Of a stretch of DNA of 32,027 bases, positions 24,893 through 32,027 are shown piece after piece. Numbering within the stretch: position 1 is the stretch's first letter; each line of letters opens with the position of its first letter. The DNA is from a bacterium (lineage in GTDB: Bacteria > UBA9089 > CG2-30-40-21 > SBAY01). Both the position numbers and the translations under genes were made by a program. The notes under the pieces are model-generated. The model ran no database searches. It was not told the origin of the DNA and saw nothing but the letters and a program-made list of their open reading frames with translations. The stretch lies in assembly GCA_030018635.1 (NCBI GenBank), contig JASEHU010000001.1, forward strand, positions 1-32,027. The letters run 5' to 3'.

Positions 24893-26257
24893 TTATTCTT
24901 TATTTTCAACTTTCTTTACACCATATATAATAAGATATACTAAAACGCCAACCATTATAGTCAAAACAGCACTAAGTATTGCCTTAGAGGACAAAATTGG
25001 TTTCTTTCCCCTGGTATCTTTTGTATTCACCTGTTGTTTCCCAATATTCCAACGATTACCACCGACAGGTGAAGATTCAGCTAACACAGAAGAAACATCA
25101 TACCTTGGAACCTCAAACCCTTCTCCCCCATAGCAAACTTTTAGAGACTTTTTACCCCTGTGAAAAAATAGTATTTCATGGATTGGTCCCTTGCCTGCGG
25201 CTGAATCAATCTCAATCGGTGTATTGTCTTGATTGATTATTTTCATACGATATCGTAAATATCTACATATAAGTGGCAGATTAATCTCTATTTTTTCTTT
25301 GTGAAATTGCCCCGCACTTATATTGAATATTTCGCTTGAGACAACTCCGGACCAAATTGGGTTTGCAGTAGTATCATCTGTACCTTCAATGATGACTTTT
25401 CGTTTAAAATTTTTGCTTTTTACCTTAAGTGCTATTTTTTTTAAAGGCTGCCTATTGGAGCTTATATAAATTTCGCTTGTTTTTTTATCCTTATCAATAG
25501 AGGTTTCTATTATTCTCAGGGGGTATTTTAGTGTTTCTTCTCTCCCATAGATGAGATTCTCTTTCTTTCCAGAAAAGATAATATTATCAATATGTAAGGC
25601 ACCTTCGTACTGGATAAATGCCTCATATTTTTCTTGAATTTGCTCCTTGCTGTATTTAGTAAATATTTGTGAAAATGATGATTTTAATGGTTGCGAGACA
25701 TTATCTATCGTTATTTTATAATAGGTAAAAGGTACCTTCTCAAAGGAAATACTCATATTACGAAGATCAATAAATTTTGAATAATCAAAGATAGGTTGAT
25801 TCTCTACAATAAGATGCCATTGTTCTTTATCATTACTACCATATAGAGAAACACCCTTTTCAAAATTTTTATTTGGTGTTTGAATAATCATATCAGAAGG
25901 AACCAATTTCTTGTTCTTATTCTCCAGGATAATGTTTATACGGTTATCCGCCAATTCCTCAAAAGTCAAAGTAGTTAAGGGAACTGGATAGGTACTTATT
26001 ACTTTCTCATTGACCTTTCGGGTTCTAACTACATATGGTATAGTATTATTGTTTTCGTCAAATATCCTTAGATTAGCAAACGAATTATCTGTATTTTTGT
26101 AAATATCGGCATCCAGGGTGATAACACCAATTTCATCTTTGATTAGCGACGGCACCTCTGCTTGTTTATAATATAGGAGCTCTTCATCTGCTATACAGAT
26201 AGCAACCCTTACACCAACCACAACAAATAAAATTAATATCCATTTTATTACCTTCAT
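24893..26257 (-). CDS. DUF3999-like protein (signal peptide, large extracytoplasmic domain, C-terminal TM anchor)
   Basis: 454-aa ORF with N-terminal signal MKVIKWILILFVVVGVRVAIC and C-terminal helix AILSAVLTIMVGVLVYLIIYGV. The size and its pairing with a DUF2339-like gene (4-nt overlap) fit DUF3999 as I recall it. The family assignment is unverified. Confidence 0.5.
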   Translation of the reverse strand: MKVIKWILILFVVVGVRVAICIADEELLYYKQAEVPSLIKDEIGVITLDADIYKNTDNSFANLRIFDENNNTIPYVVRTRKVNEKVISTYPVPLTTLTFEELADNRINIILENKNKKLVPSDMIIQTPNKNFEKGVSLYGSNDKEQWHLIVENQPIFDYSKFIDLRNMSISFEKVPFTYYKITIDNVSQPLKSSFSQIFTKYSKEQIQEKYEAFIQYEGALHIDNIIFSGKKENLIYGREETLKYPLRIIETSIDKDKKTSEIYISSNRQPLKKIALKVKSKNFKRKVIIEGTDDTTANPIWSGVVSSEIFNISAGQFHKEKIEINLPLICRYLRYRMKIINQDNTPIEIDSAAGKGPIHEILFFHRGKKSLKVCYGGEGFEVPRYDVSSVLAESSPVGGNRWNIGKQQVNTKDTRGKKPILSSKAILSAVLTIMVGVLVYLIIYGVKKVENKE

Positions 26258-28716
26258 TTTGCATCCTCTTTTATTTCAAACTTTTTATTAGCCTTGATAT
26301 AGGCAAAAGCCCCTCCTATAAGCAATATGCCAAGTATCATGAAGGCTATTACACGATGAACTATTTCCATATCGGACATATCGATGAAGAACACCTTTCC
26401 CACAACAACAAGAAATAATATTAACCCACTGTAACGCCAGGCTTTACTTAATTTTCTAATACCAATGATTAAATATGCTATGGCAAAAATGGCCCATGCC
26501 ACTGATATAGAACCCTCTTGAAACTCAAGGATGTACCAATGAAAAAATGTATTTGTTTCTAACGAAACATAAACAAACAACAACACCGTACTCGCAATTG
26601 TAAATACTCTACCGTAATTAATCGGATCATCCTTACCATGTGTGGCTTTCATAAGTGCCATTAAAAAAAGAAAGATAAACCCATAATCTAAAAAACGCAT
26701 CAGCATATTTATAGTTCCAATTTCATAAACATACACTGCGTGGATAAATCCCCAGGTATCAAAATCAAAGATAAATAGCTTGCCTAAAATAATTAACATT
26801 ATCACTATAGATACAAATAGAAAAATATTTTTCCTTTTACTGGTAAAGTTATATATCAGATAGACTCCTAACCCGTACCATAACATAGTGAGTATCGGCA
26901 TTTGTAAAGGTAAACAGTAATAAAACATCTGAAAAAGTTCAAAGTACATCACGAAAAAGAAAGAAACTACCCCACACCAAAACATTATTTCACGAAATAC
27001 CGATTTGGATATCAACAATTTAGTATTACTACTTTCATCTACAGCGAAGGCAGAAATCTGTTTAATCTTATGTTTATGCAAAACAAAACCTCCGAAGAAT
27101 GTAGCGATAACCATTCCAAGGGTCCAAATCCTATCAAAAAATACCTTCCAATACTCAATCATTGGAACATTATCCCAACTGTAATTGGCAAAATTCCCTG
27201 GCATGTCTAAAAAAGTAAATCTTCCCATAACCAAAAAGTATAAAATAGAAGATAGCGTAACAAGTAAATTGCTGTTCATCTTCAGACCCATCCAAAGGAA
27301 GAAGAATGCCTGTAGTGCCCAACAAATAGTAAGTGTTTCCTTTTCAGTAATTAAAGGAACTGCCCAAACCGTAAAAAATCCTGCAATACCTATTAGAACA
27401 ATCAGAAGATTGCGATCATTAAATCGTTTTTTAAGAAATACAAAAACATGTATTATATAAAAAATGCCTAATCCAACAGCCATTACTGCCGGCCATGGCC
27501 TGTCATGTGCCTGGATTATCAACCAATAAGAAGTCATAGCGTATAAGAAAGAATTAAACGACAGATGTGTTATCTCCAGTGCTGTTGATTTTTTGCATTT
27601 TATTAAGTTGTAATAGTAAACAATCACTGAATGCAGAATGAATAACAGAGAAAGAAAGGTTATTGTTGTTACAAAATCCCGAGCTGGCACATATATTGAA
27701 AGACCCTGGGAAAAAATCAACCAGGTAAAAACAAACCCTAAATAATTTAGCAGACGCCAATTCTTTACATGAGCAATACCAAAGATGCCGATACTAAGTA
27801 ATAACAGATAACTATACAGAACCATAAGCCCTGCCGCGGGTATTTTTAAAATAATAGGTGTCCAGAAACCGCCTATAATGCTGAAAATAGCTATCAGTTG
27901 TGAGTTTGCTCTCAAGGCTAATACCCCGGCTACAATAGTTACCAGAATCATTAAAATAAAAGATGCCGGCAGTGAAATCCTATAATACATCAGGCCAGCT
28001 GCATAAATACTAAAATAAAGAGCAGCCAATCCTCCTCCTATAAACCCTTGAGCAAGAATATGGTATTTTTTTTGTAAGTTCCTTATACCCACACCCAACA
28101 TTGTAATTCCGGCTAATACAGAAAGCGCAATCCGTCCATCCGGTCCTAATAGCCCCTGATCAATTGTCCATTTCAAGAAATAACCTATACAAACCACCAA
28201 AGCGATAATCCCTAACCGCATCAGCCATGTACTTGCAACCGCATACTCCATAGAAACATTCTTTGGTCTATAGTCTTCACCTACCAGTATCCAACTCCAA
28301 ATTCTCTTTAAGATATCCCCTACAGTCTCCTCAAACTTTGTTTTTTCTCTTGGTGCTCTCTCCCGGAGTTCTCTTACCTCCACTGGCGTCGTAGGCATTA
28401 CAACTTCCGGCTCTTCCTCAACAAAAAGAATTTCTTCAACCTCTTTTTCCTCCAATTCCAGTTCCGGTTCCAGTTCCGGTTCAACATGAGACTCTTCATA
28501 CTCCTTAACCTCTTGGGGAATATCTTTTTCAACTATTTTCCGTATTGAATGAATCTGCATATCCATACGAGCTATCGCGTTTGTAATTTCACATAGATCG
28601 AGATTTAATCCACTCTGCATTTTTTTTAAACGGCTATTTATTTTAAAAATACAAATAACACCAACAACAGGGATACAAATAACACCAATAACGATAATAA
28701 AAACTATTACTTCCAT
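26254..28716 (-). CDS. DUF2339-like polytopic membrane protein
   Basis: I place the start at ATG 28716, behind AAGGAG, rather than at the track's TTG 28749. It has an N-terminal TM helix, an acidic repeat EPELEPELELEEKEVEE and then about 20 helices. The first core segment WLMRLGIIALVVCIGYFLKWTIDQGLLGPDGRIAL resembles the DUF2339 consensus as I recall it. Confidence 0.6.
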   Translation of the reverse strand: MEVIVFIIVIGVICIPVVGVICIFKINSRLKKMQSGLNLDLCEITNAIARMDMQIHSIRKIVEKDIPQEVKEYEESHVEPELEPELELEEKEVEEILFVEEEPEVVMPTTPVEVRELRERAPREKTKFEETVGDILKRIWSWILVGEDYRPKNVSMEYAVASTWLMRLGIIALVVCIGYFLKWTIDQGLLGPDGRIALSVLAGITMLGVGIRNLQKKYHILAQGFIGGGLAALYFSIYAAGLMYYRISLPASFILMILVTIVAGVLALRANSQLIAIFSIIGGFWTPIILKIPAAGLMVLYSYLLLLSIGIFGIAHVKNWRLLNYLGFVFTWLIFSQGLSIYVPARDFVTTITFLSLLFILHSVIVYYYNLIKCKKSTALEITHLSFNSFLYAMTSYWLIIQAHDRPWPAVMAVGLGIFYIIHVFVFLKKRFNDRNLLIVLIGIAGFFTVWAVPLITEKETLTICWALQAFFFLWMGLKMNSNLLVTLSSILYFLVMGRFTFLDMPGNFANYSWDNVPMIEYWKVFFDRIWTLGMVIATFFGGFVLHKHKIKQISAFAVDESSNTKLLISKSVFREIMFWCGVVSFFFVMYFELFQMFYYCLPLQMPILTMLWYGLGVYLIYNFTSKRKNIFLFVSIVIMLIILGKLFIFDFDTWGFIHAVYVYEIGTINMLMRFLDYGFIFLFLMALMKATHGKDDPINYGRVFTIASTVLLFVYVSLETNTFFHWYILEFQEGSISVAWAIFAIAYLIIGIRKLSKAWRYSGLILFLVVVGKVFFIDMSDMEIVHRVIAFMILGILLIGGAFAYIKANKKFEIKEDAK

Positions 28717-28885
28717 AACAACTCCTTTTTTATAGAATGGTAATGTCAAAAGTTTTACTGCAATTTTTTTCTAAGTCGCGATGATTAAAGAGGTTATTTA
28801 TCCTTTAGCCTCCTCCCCCCATTTGACCATAAGTTTACCGTCTTACCCACTCCAAGATATATCTAACCTTCTCCTCTAAAGGGTA

Positions 28886-29003
28886 AAATACCTTTCAGAG
28901 GACATACCTTGTATGTGGTCTGAAGGGCGCTCAGGTCGCTCTTCAGCGTTGCCCTATCCTCCCTTCAGAGGACAAAGATAGACTAATACATACCTTGGTG
29001 TGG
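28886..29003 (-). other. GC-enriched structured/direct-repeat element in the leader of the DUF2339-like gene (unclassified)
   Basis: A 9-bp stem tctgaaggg (28919-28927) pairs with cccttcaga (28961-28969). Alternative inner stems are agggc/gccct and cgct-cttc-agcg. The direct repeat ccYttcagaggaca...taccttgKtgtgg occurs at 28891-28918 and 28961-29003. Confidence 0.3.
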
Positions 29004-29036
29004 AAAAAAGCGATAAACTTTTCTTTCATATTTCTT

Positions 29037-30164
29037 TCATACTATTTTTGACACTACCTTATTATAACATTTATGGTATAATTTTTCAAGAGAAATTTTG
29101 GAAGGGCTCTTTTTCCCCAATACATAAACTTTATGAGCAATCTTTTTATTTTTAAATAAGAATTCCCATCTTAATCTTATTTTTAAATAGATGCAGACTA
29201 AATATGCAATAATAGGAATTCTCAGGAGTAACATTTTATTCTTATCTCTTGTAACTTGCTGCAAGTTTAATCTTGATTTCAATGAATTAATATATCCATA
29301 ATTTATTATTTCATACCCATTCTCTTCTATAATATCAATGAATTTATTTAGTTCTATCCCATCCTCATTGGATGAACTGTCTTTATTTAATGCAATGAAT
29401 AAATTACCCTCCCCATACCTCTTTTTAACCTCCTTTTGTATATGTTCTACGGTTATCTTTTCATAAATATCTGTTAAAGAAGTTGTCTCAATTTTATACT
29501 CATCTTCAAGTTTTAATTCGGTAATCTGTATAACGTTTTCATGCTCCTTTAATTTTTTGATAAGGAGGAGTCCTATCAGGTGAACTACATCTTCTAACTT
29601 CTTATCGATCTTAATTCCATAAAATTTAGCTAACCTATATACATTTATACCTGTAGATTCCAGTGAAGATCTTCTAATCTTAGGAAGCTTACACCCACTC
29701 TTATCTACTGCTCCACATTTGGTTAGATGGAGCAAGCATGGCCCAGCAATGAAACCTTGAACTTCATATCCATCCTTTTTAGCTATTCCTTCCAGTTTTA
29801 ATACCATTCTATGAAGTTTTCTTACATATTTTCGGACAAAGATTAACTGTAAGAAGAAAGCTATAAACGGTATCTTCATTAGACGAGGAGGAATGTCTTT
29901 TATACGGAGAACAAGCATTATTCCTAGTTCATAATCACTAATAATCTTTTTTGTCTTTTCTATTTTCCAGGAATAAGGAGGGCATGAATAGCAGTTATTA
30001 AAAGAATCACAGAGCTTACACGCATTTTTCACTCGCTGCTCTACCTGGATATCTTTTGTTCTTATAACTATTCCTTTACAAAATCCTTCTCTTTCTATTA
30101 TATCTATAAGTTCTGAAATATAGTCAAAAATATCATTCTTATATTTTAACTTGAATTGTTTCAT
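29037..30164 (-). CDS. DUF2284-like Cys-rich metal-binding protein with a degenerate internal duplication
   Basis: 375-aa AT-rich ORF. CKLCDSFNNCYSCPP and AGPCLLHLTKCGAVDKSGCKLPKIRRSSLESTGINVY resemble DUF2284. The second half repeats ELIDIIEREGF as KFIDIIEENGY, and KIPFIAFFLQLIFVRKY as RIPIIAYLVCIYLKIRL, but lacks the cysteines. Confidence 0.5.
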   Translation of the reverse strand: MKQFKLKYKNDIFDYISELIDIIEREGFCKGIVIRTKDIQVEQRVKNACKLCDSFNNCYSCPPYSWKIEKTKKIISDYELGIMLVLRIKDIPPRLMKIPFIAFFLQLIFVRKYVRKLHRMVLKLEGIAKKDGYEVQGFIAGPCLLHLTKCGAVDKSGCKLPKIRRSSLESTGINVYRLAKFYGIKIDKKLEDVVHLIGLLLIKKLKEHENVIQITELKLEDEYKIETTSLTDIYEKITVEHIQKEVKKRYGEGNLFIALNKDSSSNEDGIELNKFIDIIEENGYEIINYGYINSLKSRLNLQQVTRDKNKMLLLRIPIIAYLVCIYLKIRLRWEFLFKNKKIAHKVYVLGKKSPSKISLEKLYHKCYNKVVSKIV

Positions 30165-30201
30165 TCTATTATAACCTTAAGGCAGGATAAAGAAGGATTC
30201 T

Positions 30202-30462
30202 TTACACTTCGATAATTATTTCTTCAACCTTTATTCCTACATGTCTACTACCAGGATTAGTTATATGGGCTAACACTTTATCATCAGGCTTAAGTGTCGT
30301 TACATTTCTTGGTTCGCCATTGGCACCATGGACTCTAACATGCCAATCATCCTGTACAATAGAGTTAATAACTACATCATTATATTTTGCTTTGATTAAT
30401 AGTAGTGGTCTGACTTCTATCTTTATTCTTCCAAAGGTATACCTGGGAATATACTTATTGAC
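30202..30462 (-). pseudogene. Start-less 86-codon open frame (orphan fragment)
   Basis: The frame is open from 30462 to the TAA at 30204-30202. It translates VNKYIPRYTFGRIKIEVRPLLLIKAKYNDVVINSIVQDDWHVRVHGANGEPRNVTTLKPDDKVLAHITNPGSRHVGIKVEEIIIEV. There is no ATG/GTG/TTG until near the end, and it overlaps the ligase stop in another frame. Confidence 0.2.
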
Positions 30463-31187
30463 TTAGTTTTAATTATTCTGATAACCTCATGTGGGACAAA
30501 TCTATCCAAAAGAACAAGTGTAGCGCCTGTTTTAATAGAAGTTAACATACAATGTCCCAATCCATAAGAGTGAAATAGTGGTATAACCCCCAAAATATTA
30601 TCTTTATCTGTAATTCTTTCTGTACTTGCAACATTTTCTGCTTCATTAATAAGATTCCGATGCGTGCGTATTATACCTTTGGGTTTACCCGTTGAACCAG
30701 AAGTATAAAGATAAAGGGCTTTATCTTCGGTTTTAATATTTCTCTTTATATCCTGATAAGATTTTTGCTCTAGTAGTTTTTCAAAAGATAATATGTTATC
30801 TTCACGCTTTAGTCCACTTACAATAAAATTTTTAAGGTTACTTAATTTATTTACCTTATCTACAAACTCATTAGCTGTAATTAAGGTTTTTATATCACAA
30901 TGCTCGGAGATAAATTTCAATTCTTCTGGTTTGTATCTTATGTCTAACGGTATAGAAATTGCCCCGATTTTAGCTATAGCAAAGAAGCTAATGATAAACT
31001 CAAGGGAATTATTGAATAATAGACCAACTCTATCTCCATAACTTACATTAAGTGCACTTAAATTAGATGCGAAATTATTAATTTTACTTTGTAATTCGAA
31101 ATATGTCAAATCTTCATCTTTAAATGATATAGCAATTTTATTTGGGTTATCAGTAACTGTTTTATCTAACATTTCTTCTAATGTCAT
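30423..31187 (-). pseudogene. AMP-dependent synthetase/ligase, N-terminal half only (truncated)
   Basis: 254-aa ORF with the AMP-binding core motif LYTSGSTGKPKGI and the downstream PLFHSYGL. It stops after FPGIPLEE, about where full-length enzymes of ~500 aa continue. No C-terminal subdomain is encoded downstream. Confidence 0.7.
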
Positions 31188-31216
31188 TTTTCTTCAACCT
31201 GCCCCCTAATAAAAAG

Positions 31217-31244
31217 TTGACACTCTTTAATTAACAGGTATAAT
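31217..31244 (+). promoter_or_regulatory. Near-consensus sigma70-type promoter on the plus strand with no plus-strand gene downstream
   Basis: TTGACA at 31217-31222, a 16-nt spacer, then TATAAT at 31239-31244. Confidence 0.4.
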
Positions 31245-31250
31245 AAAGCC

Positions 31251-31337
31251 AGAGGGCACAGATATCACTTCCATTTGGTCTACCTGTTTGTCGCCCTCTA
31301 ATGGTCGCGGGATGCCAATTCAGAGCGGTCCTTTTTT
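31251..31337 (+). ncRNA. Candidate ~85-nt small RNA downstream of the consensus promoter (unclassified)
   Basis: Stem agagggc (31251-31257) pairs with gccctct (31293-31299). A wobble-containing stem ggtcgc/gcggtc follows, then a T6 run at 31332-31337. No ORF is present. Confidence 0.25.
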
Positions 31338-31396
31338 AGTGATAACCCATTGTAATCTGTGTAAAATCTTACAGAGTTCCTAATCACGCCAAAATT

Positions 31397-31753
31397 CTAT
31401 TTCTTACAGGCCTCTTTTCCCTCAAGCCATTTTTCTGTGCCTATTTCCTTCCTCTTCAAAAGTTCCTGATGTCGGGCAGAAACTGCTTTCTTTGCCTCTT
31501 CTTCGCTTAGAGATGGGTCATAGAAACCTGTAAATGTCTGGCATGGTAATTCATCACACAGTCCACAATGCTCTAACTGTTTCCTGTTAATACAGCAATC
31601 GTACAGAGGACAAACTTCAACCTTCATCTGAGTTGTCCAGAACGGCTTGCCATTCACATTACCACATCCTTGGCATTGCTTTCCAAAGTATTCGCAGGTT
31701 CCACAATACAATCCACATATAGGTGCTAACTTTTTGTCCAGCATGTTTTTCAC
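31397..31753 (-). CDS. DUF3795-like Cys-rich protein
   Basis: 118-aa ORF. The pattern CGLYCGTCEYFGKQCQGCG...CPLYDCCINRKQLEHCGLCDELPC matches the DUF3795 cysteine spacing as I recall it. Confidence 0.65.
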   Translation of the reverse strand: MKNMLDKKLAPICGLYCGTCEYFGKQCQGCGNVNGKPFWTTQMKVEVCPLYDCCINRKQLEHCGLCDELPCQTFTGFYDPSLSEEEAKKAVSARHQELLKRKEIGTEKWLEGKEACKK

Positions 31754-31765
31754 CTCCTTTTAATT

Positions 31766-32027
31766 TTAGTTATTCGACCTTTCATTGCATATTAAATAAT
31801 AGATTATTAAAGCCTTAAACTTTCCCCATTTTTCTGTAAACTTTCTAATATCTTTTTCGCTCATCAAATCTCTTGAAGCAAAATTTGATATTACCCGCCT
31901 TACTCCAAGATCTCCTGCTGGCAGCACTTCTTTATGGTCAGTGCATGTTACAATTACAAGTTCTGCTGTCCATCTGCCAACACCTTTAATCCGAACCAAT
32001 TTTTCAACTCCGTCAGAAATTGGAAGC
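31766..32027 (-). CDS. HhH-GPD DNA glycosylase (AlkA / 3-methyladenine glycosylase II-like), C-terminal part; 5' end lies outside the window
   Basis: The frame stays open to the window edge (LPISDGVEKLVRIKGVGRWTAELV...LPAGDLGVRR). The helix-hairpin-helix IKGVGRWTAE and a catalytic Asp context are present. Confidence 0.7.
   Translation of the reverse strand, partial: LPISDGVEKLVRIKGVGRWTAELVIVTCTDHKEVLPAGDLGVRRVISNFASRDLMSEKDIRKFTEKWGKFKALIIYYLICNERSNN

Noticed and set aside
28750-29036. A known riboswitch class (cobalamin, glycine, c-di-GMP, Moco, guanidine, Mn) in the DUF2339 leader.
   Set aside because: None of the conserved core sequences I remember for these classes is present. I kept it only as an unclassified structured leader.
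31251-31337. A possible tRNA or tRNA-like gene. The same question applies to the structures at 22863-22947 and 28886-29003.
   Set aside because: I could find no 7-bp acceptor pairing, no GTTCRANYC T-loop and no cloverleaf on either strand.

Overview
This window looks like an AT-rich chromosomal segment from a diderm bacterium. I could not assign a lineage. No rRNA, tRNA, CRISPR array, transposase or integrase was seen.

It carries two conserved housekeeping clusters, and both are interrupted by unexpected genes:
- uvrA, followed on the minus strand by rsmG-parA-[two paralogous ~700-aa polytopic membrane proteins]-parB. A consensus parS site lies inside parB.
- rpmF-plsX-fabH-[hicA-hicB]-fabD-[AT-rich putative restriction endonuclease + beta-class DNA methyltransferase]-fabG-acpP-fabF-rnc, followed by an acyl-CoA dehydrogenase and a CBS-domain protein.

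The right third is mostly poorly characterised minus-strand genes:
- an RseC-like protein;
- a same-strand envelope cluster of DUF2339-like, DUF3999-like, DUF3108-like and outer-membrane beta-barrel proteins;
- a more AT-rich block with a duplicated DUF2284-like Cys protein, a truncated AMP-dependent ligase, a DUF3795-like Cys-rich protein and a partial AlkA-type glycosylase.

The left edge holds gene debris: an HTH antitoxin-like gene, a PIN remnant and an MFS fragment.

The most striking unannotated signal is in the intergenic DNA. Nearly every intergenic gap holds a long imperfect hairpin whose two arms are tandem 7-8-nt repeats. A subset shares TIR-like ends and a conserved ~45-nt module.

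All family assignments come from motif recognition by eye. None was confirmed by a database search.
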